The notes under the pieces were generated by a model. The model did not search any database. It had not been told where the DNA came from and worked only from the letters and a program-made list of their open reading frames with translations. This document shows positions 12,201-23,549 of a stretch of DNA of 64,000 bases, piece after piece. The stretch spans positions 42,290,401-42,354,400 of the forward strand of contig CM120641.1 in the NCBI GenBank assembly GCA_051362555.1, written 5' to 3'. Both the position numbers and the translations under genes were made by a program. The DNA is from Lingula anatina (taxonomy: Eukaryota > Animalia > Brachiopoda). The first letter of the stretch is position 1. Each line of letters starts with the position of its first letter.

Positions 12201-14359
12201 ATAATAAATTGTCCACCACAGGGAAAGCTTGACCAATGTAAGCGTACCTAGCCGAGACAACCCCGTCCCCATTCCAATTCTACCTCTATAGAACTTCACA
12301 CTGTTTATTGACTAAGAAAAAATCTGGTTGTAAAGTGCGTTCCGGTTGAAAAATTCGTTTTCACGAATTTCTTTGGTTGCAAAATGCGGCTCTACACCAG
12401 TTTTATGAATCCCCAGCATTCATTCTCCCCAACATCTATCTGGACTGTTGACCCTTTCAAATCATTCAGATTTCAGACTTTCCGACCTTTAGCGTTTTCA
12501 TTGAGTATATAGGCCAGTCTATCTTTTTAAACGACCGAAATATTTTCGAAACAAGGTTTCATATCAAAAGAAAAGCCTATTTTGACAGTTTGTTATTGCA
12601 AGTCATAACATTTATGTCATAGTTACAAAAGAGATACTTCAAAAACACGAATAATAGAATAGACGGTTTGTTAAAAATATTAATGTACACCTAGTGTGGA
12701 GCAAAATTTAAACCTCTCTGCCTAGTAGAGTTCTCTACCTACAGTGGAAAGACATACATTCTTGCTACTGTGTACTAGCCACATCTATAAACCTGCGCCG
12801 TCAATCAAATCACACATGGTCAGTTTTATACCCTAGTTTAAAGGCAGGCAATGTGTTTATTTATACACTTCGTTTGTCTTATACTTCTAGTGCCTTAGAG
12901 CCGCCATGATTCAACGTCCAAATATTTTCGGTTTTTAATCGTCCTGAAATCTGAAAAATCTCAAAACTAAATGGGTAAAACAAAAAACTAGCTTTATGCT
13001 CTCCGTCACTGGACCGGAGGTGTTGAAATAAAGTACATTATTTATAGAAGTTAATCTCACGGGTATCTACGAGAACATCTGAAAATAACAGCTTCATTAA
13101 ACTCCAACGAGCTAAAATACGCACTATCATGTGAGTGAGTAATGTTATACTCCACCCCACCCCCCACACCCCATTGCAAATACACGCGTCACTCTCGAAA
13201 TCATATCGACCTTTACGCCTAATTTCCAAATCCAACCAGAACTGAAACATGAAGTGGTAATACGCTACGAAGTATCCTAAGGGTCCTTATTTTTTAACCA
13301 ATGAAGTCGCCTTCTAGCATGAAGTAGTAATTCTTATCCTATGAAGTGGTAATACAATGAAGTATCTTAACATGCGTTTTTATCTTCTAAGAGATTATTA
13401 CAGAGAGAAGCTTATCTATTGAGGTTACGTGCTCCGATGGATAGCACAGATTTCATAATAATTTCGCCGTTTTGGTAGTAATATTAAGTTTATTACATTA
13501 CTATGAGTAAAGCAATTCAGTAGAGAATATCCTACGGGGTCATGGCCACCCAGTCATGCTCCAGAATGATAATGCTACTGCACGTACAGCCAATGCAACG
13601 GTAGGCTGGTTATATGCAAACCAGACCCCCCCCCCCCCCCCCCCCCCGCCAATGTCCAGCTCAATCCCTCGATCAGAACAGACTCCCGCACAGACGCATC
13701 TTCCAATATGTGGTTTTGTATTTTATTATTGTTAGCTTTGTCAATGGTTGTACAATCAGTAAAATTTTGTGAAAAAAAATCTTTTTTAGAATTTGAATAA
13801 AAACATGGCATGATTTTCTGTATCACTTTAAACATTGCATTAAGGGTGACACTTTTTTGCTAGGGGAGTGTACACGCTAAACTTAAAAAAGGATCTATAG
13901 CTTTCCCTTACTTGCATACGGCATCTGTCGTATAGGTGACATGCCTTTCTTTAACTGGTTGATGGCGAAGTGATGGGTGGGTAGTGCCCCTGTGGCCCGG
14001 TGGGAACCCCATCTCTTCGAAGGCGGCACGAGGCCTTGTAACTCAGTATTAGTGCCCCATGTTTTAGAGGGGTCAGACGTGGAGTAGGGTTGGTCATTCA
14101 GTGGAGTACATCCCGGTGGAAGGCTAGCGTCGGCAACTGGAAAATATCGTTGATATAACTTTATGTTTAACGATATCTAAGTAGAGACACAAATGATCGG
14201 CCATCCCCGCGACTGAAATAAAAAACAACGAAAAAAAACGAACCCCAGGATGTCTAGATAGTCTTTTACGTTTTCTGATGGACTGTGTCATTCAATGTTT
14301 TTCGCCTTTAGAATAACATAATAGTTACCTGCTATTATGAGCAAAAGCCACCACATCAT
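585..14359 (-). CDS. Secreted glycoside hydrolase family 81 (endo-beta-1,3-glucanase-like) gene, N-terminal ~308 aa; continues beyond the left window edge
   Basis: Six GT-AG exons join in frame: 14359-14329, 14136-13912, 9010-8813, 8539-8427, 1413-1278, 806-585 (intron phases 1,1,1,0,1,1). Product begins MMWWLLLIIAVADA (signal peptide). It contains GALPTHHFAINQL...PIRQMPYAI and FLFSGTGGGKME|VPIVRGSPLMT, which resemble the GH81 N-terminal 'PxPTN..N...PY' and 'MxxPLVRGxPxxT' motifs. The family call is from motif recall; the catalytic C-terminal domain is not in the window. Confidence 0.75.
2306..5400 (+). CDS. TRIM-NHL E3 ubiquitin ligase, copy 1 (RING-Bbox1-Bbox2-coiled coil-NHL), ~658 aa
   Basis: Exon 1 2306-2480 ([13 protein letters not shown]; donor CAG|GTATGG). 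Exon 2 3599-5400 (TTCCAG|GA; CPLC completes the C3HC4 RING; CGAC..CLNC B-box1; CPEH..FC..C B-box2; Q-rich coiled coil; six NHL-type repeats ending KIKVFRY). No filamin domain seen. Confidence 0.93.
2750..3480. repeat. Diverged tandem dimer (~369-bp unit) in the copy 1 intron
   Basis: ATAGGTTTGCTAGATATGAATACAAA occurs at ~3085 and ~3454; GTCAAATTTGAGG..ATTTTCAG recurs at about the same spacing. Confidence 0.7.
5600..5812 (+). mobile_element. Degenerate non-LTR retrotransposon (RTE-like) ORF fragment
   Basis: Translates MKPNKATGPDDDATEMLKTLGEKDI, matching the K..KA.GPD....EMLK.LGE motif that precedes LINE reverse transcriptase domains. Confidence 0.65.
6229..6292. repeat. (TA)n microsatellite followed by poly-T
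   Basis: About 25 TA units, read directly. Confidence 0.95.
6907..7522. mobile_element. Non-autonomous DNA transposon/MITE with TTAA target-site duplication (Kolobok-like AG...CT ends)
   Basis: TTAA|AGTCATAATAACTCTTCGTTT ... AAAGGAAGAGTTATTATTGCT|TTAA. Internal perfect 26-bp palindrome GTTAAAATCTCTTAAGAGATTTTAAC at 7049-7074. A second copy lies at 59046-59381. Confidence 0.8.
9041..13372. mobile_element. 4.3-kb non-autonomous TIR DNA transposon in intron 2 of the GH81-like gene
   Basis: ~40-bp TIRs TGTTAAGATACTTCAT.GTAT(AT)TACCACTTCAT.GGATAA at both ends. Flanks TGCGTC/TGCGTT (probable 6-bp TSD, one mismatch). Multiple subterminal ACTTCAT / ATGAAGT motifs. No transposase ORF seen. Confidence 0.8.
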
Positions 14360-14395
14360 CAATGTCTGGATCCCTTCAGCAATATTAATGCGTCA

Positions 14396-14401
14396 TTTAT
14401 A
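14396..14401 (-). promoter_or_regulatory. TATA box of the GH81-like gene
   Basis: TATAAA on the - strand, about 37 nt upstream of the ATG at 14359, immediately followed by TGACGCA. Confidence 0.5.
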
Positions 14402-14973
14402 CTGCTGGTGTCTAAACTGATATTTGTCCGATATCAGCACGATATCTTGGTGTAAAATTATATTGATAAAGTAACACAATGACTGAATGATGGTACATTT
14501 ATATAGGCCAACTGATAGTAGCTAATTTGGTATTTCCAATTCACATCTTGGAGAGTATACTTCACTTATGAGAGCTCATTCAAATTCATGTTAGAAAAAT
14601 CTCTTGAAAGAAATTACTGTTTCCAAAACTCTGCAGCAATAACAGACTATCTGCTTAGCGAACTACAGAAATCAGTTCAGTACGAAATGTTTTTAACACT
14701 CAGATTTTTTTATCCCTCGTATCTTCTTCTTTGCATGCATGCAATTGATTAGAAGGTATAAATTGTTCCGAAAAGACAAAGAGTTATGTTTTTTACTGAC
14801 GACTTACGTAAAATTGGCACAATTAGTCTGGTTAACGGCCTTCAATATTTCTTATTTAGAATTATTTTAATAAAATCTCTCAACAGAAATTACACTCGCC
14901 ATTATGGAACTGGTTTAAAACGATACCGAGGGACACCTTAAAGACCTCTAATGATAAACATATCGTCACATAC

Positions 14974-15413
14974 CGTGGTTACAGTCCACGTTACTACAAT
15001 GGTCCTGACTTAGTATGGCTTGATTCCAGCAATTGTCAGGGGCACACGGCATTTCAAACCCCCTGCGAGATGTGTCACACTGGATAAAACGTTTACAGCT
15101 CAACGGATGGGCAAAATAATACTGATCTGACGGACCCAGTGAGCATATCGAATCTAAAAGTAGAGGTAAATGTATGTTTGTCATAAAAACATAAAAAGTT
15201 TTTTCCCATTGTGGACATCCTTGTATTAATAAGACTGACATTATAAAATACGAGTAATACTCTTATTTGATCGATGAGTCAAAGTATTTCGATTTTTGAT
15301 TCTTTTTCAATACTGTCATCCTAAATACTAACCCAGTTTATCTTGTGTGAGTGCCTCTGTCGTCAAGAGGAGACAAAGGAGAACCGCACAACCAGCTGTG
15401 AACCTTAAGTTAC
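14974..15413 (-). CDS. Signal-peptide exon plus chitin-binding peritrophin-A (CBM14) exon; small secreted protein or alternative 5' module of the GH81-like gene
   Basis: Exon 15413(or 15403)-15333 encodes RFTAGCAVLLCLLLTTEALTQDKL. Exon 15153-14974 (TTTTAG|...|GTATGT, phase 1-1) encodes DSICSLGPSDQYYFAHPLSCKRFIQCDTSRRGFEMPCAPDNCWNQAILSQDHCSNVDCNH, which has CBM14 cysteine spacing. A tentative start exon ATGGTCGCTAG|GTAATT at 15992-15982 fits the 15403 acceptor (MVARFTAG...). Reading through the last donor ends NHGM* at 14966. Confidence 0.7.
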
Positions 15414-16629
15414 CTGATCCCAAGAGCAAGAAAAAATCATTATAAAGTAATATCAAAATATTAAATAGGGTTGTTTCTCAAATGGCGTGTTGTTAATAAG
15501 AAGTGTGAAAAGTATAGTTTTAACTATATTAAAACACAGTACATACATGTAATCAGCGCGGTTTCGCTTCCTTGGCGAGTGTGTATAGAAAAACATAATG
15601 AAAATACAAACACACATTTTAAACGCGTGTTTAATATTTATGAACACAATTCGTACATGATAGTCTAGATAAAGATGTCTCAAAATCTTCACAAAATAAT
15701 TATAATACTCACCCATTTTGACTGCCATATCGAGGCCTGGACAGGTTTTTATCCCCGAAACTTCGTATTTATTAGTATGCTGAATTATACAAAGAATTAT
15801 GTAGTCGCCGCTTTGATATATGGTAGGTGTTGGCAAAAGCTGGGCGGTTTTTCACCTACATGTAACTACATGTACCATCCCTGCTAGATGACTGCCTTTA
15901 TTGTGTGAAATATTTGAATTATTTTCATTTATATCTTTAAGTCTAATGAACTATACATTTTAAAGCGCCCGGGGAAATTACCTAGCGACCATCGTATACG
16001 TATAAAGTTACTGAGTCAGAACGGTCCCGTTGTCACGAAACTGAAGGTCCGTCCTCCATATAGTTATAGGTTTATTAGGGTTAGCCTGACCTAAGTGGAT
16101 CAAAATCTAGAGCGAGGCTTACCTGTACAAATTAATGGGAAGTGGACTCCCTGTCACGGGGGGGGGGGGGGCTTTCTGGCACATGACAACGGACAATAAC
16201 ATGGGGTAATATTCGATAAACCTGTATAGAAATACAGATTATAACATTTGGAATTTGAAGCGTGAATTTCGTTAATTTCTTCATTTTAACTAGACTTGAC
16301 GCTTGGTTTGTGCTTGGTTCTTGGAAGCATTGTGTGCTTTTTATTTTAGGCACATGTAGTATTTTGGCATCTTCACTTAAACTTAAACTTACATATAAAG
16401 TGAGCGTGGATTGCCAGTAACGCGTTATAAACCACACCTGCTAGTTTCTTATACGACTAAAATCAAGACACCATAACAAGTCTTAAACCAAATTTTTCTC
16501 TCTTTTAGCCAAGAAAAAATTGAACTGCACCTTCTCAAAAATGTAGGGCGTTAATTATATATATATCCTATTTGTCTGTTCTTCCAGTACCAAAGTGCTA
16601 GCCACGTGGTCCGAACGTGACGTGTTTGC

Positions 16630-17072
16630 TGGGCAGGGTCACTCCACACAACTCAACTGAGAGTGACTGACCAGCAGAAAGTGTGACGTTGAGTGGGCAC
16701 TGCATTCACCGGACTTGAACGACCCCATATTTTTATCAGTAGGGGTATTTCAATGATGATTTTTACCAGAACAACCCTCAAACGATTGGTAAACTGAGGG
16801 CAGCAATCACAGCAAAAGTCAGAGAAATCCCGATGAAGGAATGTGTTCAAGTAATTGACAATTTTTTCGCGTCCTATGCCAGTGTGCCTCCAATGCGGTG
16901 GAGGCCATTTGGAGCATATCTTTAAAGAGAACATAGCTATTATGGAGAGTGACCAAGATAATTGAAACTTTGGCGAGTGATCATGGACATTTTGTTTAAA
17001 TCCGACAAATTTCTTAAAATGTGTTGGGTCTTTGTAGGATTTAATTTTTTTTTAAGGGGGTTTCACCCTATA
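16630..17072 (+). mobile_element. Tc1/mariner transposase remnant (3' part), pseudogenised
   Basis: Frameshifted translation EWALHSPDLN / GYFNDDFYQNNPQTIGKLRAAITAKVREIP..ECVQVIDNF / CLQCGGGHLEHIF matches the WPxxSPDLNP...GGHFEH C-terminus of Tc1/mariner transposases. Confidence 0.8.
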
Positions 17073-17553
17073 GTTTAAGCTACGGTATTTTGGACAGCGA
17101 ATGTTTTGACACTATGACTAACACGCTAGTTTTTATTCAAATAGATCTAGAACCTTGTAATTGGTAAAGAATGACCCTTGTGGAGAAGTTCGTTTGAATG
17201 TTGTTCAATGTTTAATGGTTACTCACCAACTTTGTACGTTTGTGATAAAATCAAGACTAAAAGGAGAACTCCGAAATTCAGCATGAAAAATCAGAAACGC
17301 TTGAACAGGAATGCAGTGTAGAGAGCATTTTTATAATTCAGTTAACACGAGTCTTGATAGACTGAGGAACATGAAAAACGATTAAAATGCCTCTCACAAT
17401 ACTGCAATGTTCTTACCTAATACTGGAGCAATTATTAAAGCCAAGTAAGTTTTTGAGGCTTGACTTTGGAATTATATACTGGTGCAGTGGAATTATTCTT
17501 TTGATATTTTCCTGAGGAAATCTGGCTCTAATATACAAAGGTGCAATGAATTG

Positions 17554-17761
17554 CAGTGGGGGATTTAGGGGGGTCAGAAGGGTCTTGACAACCCCCTTCG
17601 ATTTCTGAAAAAAAATCACACCAATGGTCCCCTCTTGAGATTAGAATTTTTAATAGCTGAATCATAGTTCTAAACCGTACCAAATGGCCAATGAGGGAGG
17701 GTCGACTTCAGATCCGCGGACCCCCCCCCCCCCCCTTCAAATAATCCTGGATCCGTCCCTG
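17554..17761. mobile_element. MITE (CAGTGG...CCCTG) upstream of TRIM copy 2
   Basis: Imperfect TIRs CAGTGGGGGATTTAGG / CCTGGATCCGTCCCTG with AATTG/GATTG flanks. Absent from the paralogous regions near 27230 and 34280. A partial relative lies at ~62331-62456. Confidence 0.7.
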
Positions 17762-17954
17762 GATTGTTATATAAAGTGGGTAGAGTAGGTAGCACTCGTT
17801 TTGAGGGCAATTCCATCGTAATCTTTAATTTTAACCTCTTAACCGATTTAATATTTGATAGGATTTTTTATTATGGTACTCAAGTGTACATTAATATAAC
17901 CAGACAATGCTTGAAGGTTTTTAGAAACTAGCTACGGTAGGTCGAACAGAAAAA

Positions 17955-17983
17955 GGGGAATCCCCTTTAAAAACAATGACGCA
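17955..17983 (+). promoter_or_regulatory. NF-kB site plus CRE-like motif upstream of TRIM copy 2
   Basis: GGGGAATCCCC at 17955-17965 and TGACGCA at 17977-17983; ATG at 17998. Confidence 0.6.
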
Positions 17984-17997
17984 TTGATTATCGTAAA

Positions 17998-20582
17998 ATG
18001 GCGACGGCTTCAATCGAAGATGAAGACGAAAGTTTGAGGGCAAGGATTCGAGAAAATTTCACCAACTGCTCCATCTGCCTCAAAGATTTTGAAGATCCAA
18101 CAGTTCTCCCCTGTCTCCACACCTACTGTAAGCGATGTCTGGCCAGCTACATCCCCGATAATACACCAGGTAGGCCCTATTGCGTGCTGTCACCCAAATT
18201 TAACCAGGAAGTAGATTCATTTTTGTTAAGAACATGCACTGTCCATATTCTTTATTAAGATAAACTAATGTTGAATGGTAATTGTACATCTGGCTAACAT
18301 TGACATCGGCCCTTATAAATGTGTATAAACTTCAAATCATAGTTCAAATTTAAAAGCAAATTTTTTGCCTGCAATAGTAACGATTATCTAAAATGTTTGT
18401 TTTCCTCCATCTTCGAAAGTTGTCAATGACCCTAAATGTATTTTAATTAAAATATAAATTATACCTCTATTTTAAAATGTAATCAGCCCGATTTTTCAAT
18501 GCATAATCATATTGAAAATTGCAACCAGTTCAATTCGTATTCAAATTGACCAAATAAACATTTTTGCAAAAAATATTAAAATCAAATATACAATGTTATT
18601 GATTAAACATTTTTATTAAACATGGCTAACATAAAAAATAATATTTGACAGCAATTGGGGCATATAAACTACATGTAACAAAGCAATATCAGTATTAGTA
18701 ACCTGTGGAGTGTTAATTCTTCTTTATTTCAGGAAGCACGTTCTTGTGTCCCTTGTGCCAAAAAGAAACAAAACTCCCGGAAGATGGACTTGAAGGCTTC
18801 CTCCATAACTACTTCATAGACAGCCTCCAGGACACTGTGCTCACACCTACCAGGAAGAAGAAATGTGGTGCCTGTGCCGTAGACGGTGAAGATGTTGAGG
18901 CCGTGTCCAAATGTCTGAACTGCAGTGAGTACCTCTGTGGCCCTTGTGCTAAGTCTCATATTCGTTTCAAAATGTTGATAAATCACAAGGTCTACACATT
19001 CGAACAACTACGTAGTGGGGAACACCATCAAGAGCTCCAGAAATTCCAGTTTGTCTCTTGTCCTGAACACAAAGAAGAACCTATCAGGTATTTCTGTCTC
19101 AAGTGCCAGATGCCCATTTGCCGTGACTGCAAGGCACTCACTCATGATGAGCACAAGTGCACATCCTTGGATACTGCCATAGAAACAGTGAAGCCTAAAC
19201 TGGCGTCCATGCTGGAGAAGTTAGATGACAAGCTCAGTGTACAAGAAAACGAAGTAACCGTCCTTCAGGCTGTGCTCAGGGACCACGATACCAACACCAG
19301 CGCTGTGATGAAGGACATCTCAGACCACAGTCGCCATCTTCAGCAACAGATTCAACAGCAGGAGGAAAAGCTTCTCCAAGAAGTTCAGCAAGTCAGCGAA
19401 GCTCATAGGAAGAACATCACCTTGTACTTGGAGAGTTGTGAGGTCACCATGTCAACAATGAAGAGCACTTCAGATCTAGTTGGTAGCATCCTGTCCCGTG
19501 GTACTCCAGCCGAGATCCTCATTCTACAGCAGCAAGTAGGAGAGAGGTTACAGGAGCTCCTGCTGCCATCTGGTGGCGATGATATCCCAAAGCACCTCAG
19601 CCTTCAACTGCAGACCAACAAAAAGGTTGATAGAGAGTTGAACAAGGGGACAGGGCTTGGGAAGATACAACAAAACAGGCAAAATATTCTAGGTATTATT
19701 TTACCCGGTCCATCGAATGTAACACGGAAGGCACAGATAAAGAATAAGCCACGCATCGTTAGTCAGTTTGATTCAAACTGTAAAAATCCATTTAGTCTGA
19801 CCACCTGTGCCAAACCGAAGCAGGGATACCTGGTGGTGGGTTACGGCAACAACAAAGTGTGCAGATTCAGCTCAGATGGGCAACTCCTTGTGGAACAATC
19901 CAAGGCTGGTAACAGGTCACTGAAAAGTCCCTTTGGTATAGCAGTGCTGCTTGATGGTACCATAGTGGTCTCTGAATTTGGCAACAGTAAACTAATCTTC
20001 ATGTCACAGGACTTCACTCTCACCAAAGAAGTGGATATAGAGGTTCCTGATGGTGTACATGTTACCAACTCCAATACCATCCTGGTTGCTCAGCCTGAAT
20101 TCAAGTTAATTAGCATTGTCGACACTCACGGTGCAGCAGTGGGTGTCATAATGCACGCTGGCTTTCAGTGGCCTTGGTATGTGACAGTTCTTAACAATGG
20201 GAACATTGTTGTATCTGATCGCAGAGCAAAGGCTGTGTTCATCCTGAGTCCCGCTGGGTCCCTGCTCCACATCTACACTGGCTCTGGACAGAATAAACTC
20301 AGTGTACCTGGCGGTGTCTGTGTTGACCAGTATGATAACATTTTCATCGCTGACCACATCACCAACAAAATTCACATCATATCAAGTGATGGTGAGTTTG
20401 TCCAGTTCTTAGCGACTGAAGACGACGGGTTGACGGATCCACGTGGTTTAGCCATCAACCATGATGGTGATTTAGCAGTCTCTGAGGACGGAGGGAAGAT
20501 CAAGGTGTTTAGGTACATTGATTCGGACCAGATGCAAATGAATAAACCTGTCCTGTGGAGATCGATCAATAATAAATGGTAA
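17998..20582 (+). CDS. TRIM-NHL E3 ligase, copy 2, ~673 aa (17-aa C-terminal extension)
   Basis: Exon 1 17998-18169 (CAG|GTAGG), exon 2 18733-20582 (TTTCAG|GA). Same domain order as copy 1. Confidence 0.93.
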
Positions 20583-22707
20583 TTTTTACTGTGGTGAACA
20601 TAAACCGTTTGTGAAATGACACCAACGTGCTTTATTACCTATGACTACTATTGTGATCGGCCTACTTTTAACTGAATTTTGTTATGGTTGTTGAGTGCTA
20701 TCATGACTAATATTCCTATTAACATGGTAGTAATCATTTTTGTGTAAATTTGCAAATGATAAAAAAAATATTCGATCTTATGTCCAGTGCATGTCGTAGT
20801 AAATTTAGAAAGGAATTAAAACTGAATGACACTTGCTGTTTTGTTCTAGATAATCCTCTATCAAAAATAACATATATCATATATCTGTTATTTCTGATCT
20901 CACATAATTTTAAGCTTTTATACGCATAACGGGCATTAAACAAATATGTAAAACACAAAATTTGTATCAAAAATGCAAATAAAAATGACACAAATTGTAA
21001 CTGCAACACGTGCAGTGATCACGTTAGAAAAGATCATAGTAAGATGACTCTGAGATGTGTTCATGTGTCACATGACACAAAGGTATAAAGTTGAGATCCC
21101 GTCTTTACATTTTCAGTTTCAGCAACACGGGTATCCCGGGATCATATAGTTTTATGTTTTCATTAGTCTTTATCAGTTTCAGTTTTACTCAGTTCAAATC
21201 CACTTAATTTCGACTCAGAAGGATGCAGCAGCCGCTGCGGCAGAAGCCGCTGCCATTGACACAGATTGAGATAGCTCAAACTCTGATATAGAATCACTTT
21301 TTAGACTGCCTTTGGACAAAACAAAAACTGAAAAATACGTAGAAACTGTTCAAGGTCAAGTTATCGCAGACACACGCGATTCTGCTGATATAAAGGAACC
21401 CCACGGTGTGACTCACGGCAAGGATACTCACGATGTAGTGTCACGGCGGATTCCCACGGTGCGCAAGGTAAAGTTCCCCATACGGATACCGATGATGTGT
21501 CAGACTTTGTTCCTCGCCAGTCGCGACAAGACATAACCAGTGACTTTCCTGCCTATCTTCGCGGTACGCCCGGCTACGTTTTTCGCGGACCAGAGGAACC
21601 AAATGCGTACATCTGCAATACTGTAAATTAATCTTAGGAGTAAGTAACACAGTTGTATCGTCTGCTGTTTAAAATGAATTAGGGTGATTGCTACTAAAAT
21701 ATTATCTGATGATAAGCATCGTGAAGCATTGTATTAGGTGCGCAAAATTTTATTGAAAGGGGGATCTATGACAATATACTACTTTTATGCAATGAGTTAG
21801 ATAATTGGGCCACAAATGTAAAAGAATTTTAACACGTCTTGGGCTGTCAGATAAGCGGGAGCATCAAAACATATCGGATGTAGCATCTCTTTTAAAGACT
21901 TTGAAGCACGTTTAATGGATGATTTAATTCAATAAATTCGTATAAAATACAACATTCATCTAAATGTCTATTATACAGACTCTTGACGGGCATTTTTGTC
22001 CTGAAATACCACCTTCGAAAAAATCTCTTTTAAAAACAAGACAAATAATATGCAAGTTTAGAATACCAGACCATAAACTTATGATTGACAAGTGAGATAC
22101 CACAACGCACCAAAAGAAGACAGAACGCATGTAAATTGATAGAAGATTCAAAGAGGTTGAATTTCATTTTGTCCGTATTTGTCCACATTACAGTGATCTA
22201 AGGAAAAATATATTAACATTATAACTGGCAGAAACCTTTGGTTATTATATTAATATAATTATTAAGAACTCAAAATTAAACAGATAATAAAAATCTTGGA
22301 AAAAAATTTGAGGGGTCTGCAAGCGCAGAAAAAACAGAGATGAACATGTAAGAACCGTAAGTCTCATATTACGGTTGTAAGCAATATTTTTATCATTATG
22401 ATTTTTACTAAAATGTTACTGTTGTTATTATTATTATGGCACTTCTTATGTATCTACTACGATTCCAAGCATTCCTTCATTTTAAAGGCAAAATTGACAT
22501 GACTTGCTTTCCATCTATGGAGATGACATATGGGAAATATATGAAAATATGCGATAATTTACTCCACTTATCTGGAGCCTCATAAGGGCCAATCATAATA
22601 GAAAATCCGAGTATCAACTGGTCCAATGCTTAAATATGGCGGACCCTACATGACATGAAGACCGCTTGTGAATTCCTGTAATGGTCTCTCTGCCTCTCAC
22701 ACGCCAC

Positions 22708-22749
22708 GCCCCCCCCCCCCTCCCCCCCCCCCCCCCCCCCCCCCCCCCC
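22708..22749. repeat. Poly-C/G tract (~40 nt) inside a dispersed repeat
   Basis: Near-uninterrupted C run. The paralogous position at 40772-40812 has C-run plus (CA)n instead. Confidence 0.85.
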
Positions 22750-23377
22750 GACGCGTCGCCCCTGCAGGGGCACAGTAATTAAATCTCGGCTCCATTCGAG
22801 GATACTGGAAAAAAAGGTAAATTAATAATAATTGTTGCCAATAAATCAACTGAACTGTGTAATAAATCATGCAATAATGTAATGTTGTTAAATGGCCGTC
22901 TCCAATGTGTAGATATGTAGATATAAAATAAAGGTGTATCAAACTTTTGTTTCTCTTTTTTTTTTTTTTTTTTTTTTTGTCATTTAAAAAAGACTAATGA
23001 AGATCAATTTTTTAAAGAGGTACTGATCGACAGGTGTTTGCGTCTGCGTTTCCTTGACACACTAGGTACAAGATTAAACCCCAATGGGAAGCTTCATTAA
23101 TATTTTCTACTCTTCTTTATTCATTCTGTCATCAACAAAAATTTAGGAAAACACTTTCGCTTTTTGCGCTTTACTTTGTTTTGATTATCAAATAACAGCA
23201 TTTTTACGTGCTAAAATAATGACCCACTTTTTCAGATAAATCATTTACATGCACGCTTTATTACAGTTATCATTGAACTAACCTATCAATCTATACATCA
23301 TGGGACCCCATTTTATGACCTCTCCAAACTCATACATAGATAAGTTAGAATCAGGTGATTCCATCCACCCCTAAAAC

Positions 23378-23549
23378 ATGGCGACAGCTTCAGGCGTAGA
23401 GGATGAGGAGAGTTTGAGGGCAAAGATTCGAGAAAATTTCACCAACTGCTCCATCTGCCTCAAAGATTTTGAAGATCCAAAAGTTCTGCACTGTCTTCAC
23501 ACCTACTGTAAGCGATGTCTGGCCAGCTACATCCCCGATAATACACCAG
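23378..23549 (+). pseudogene. Orphan TRIM RING exon 1 (own exon 2 missing)
   Basis: Intact ATG, 172-nt exon and CAG|GTAAGC donor, nearly identical to 41445-41616. Intron homology to copy 5 stops at ~24480 and no exon 2 occurs before the next exon 1 at 27531. Confidence 0.8.

Noticed and set aside
16075-16084. TTAGGGTTAG telomere-like motif
   Set aside because: Fewer than two full units; not an interstitial telomeric array.
21200-21650. GC-richer unique segment after copy 2 with short ORFs
   Set aside because: No convincing splice structure, TIRs or protein motif found; probably a repeat fragment, but unsupported.
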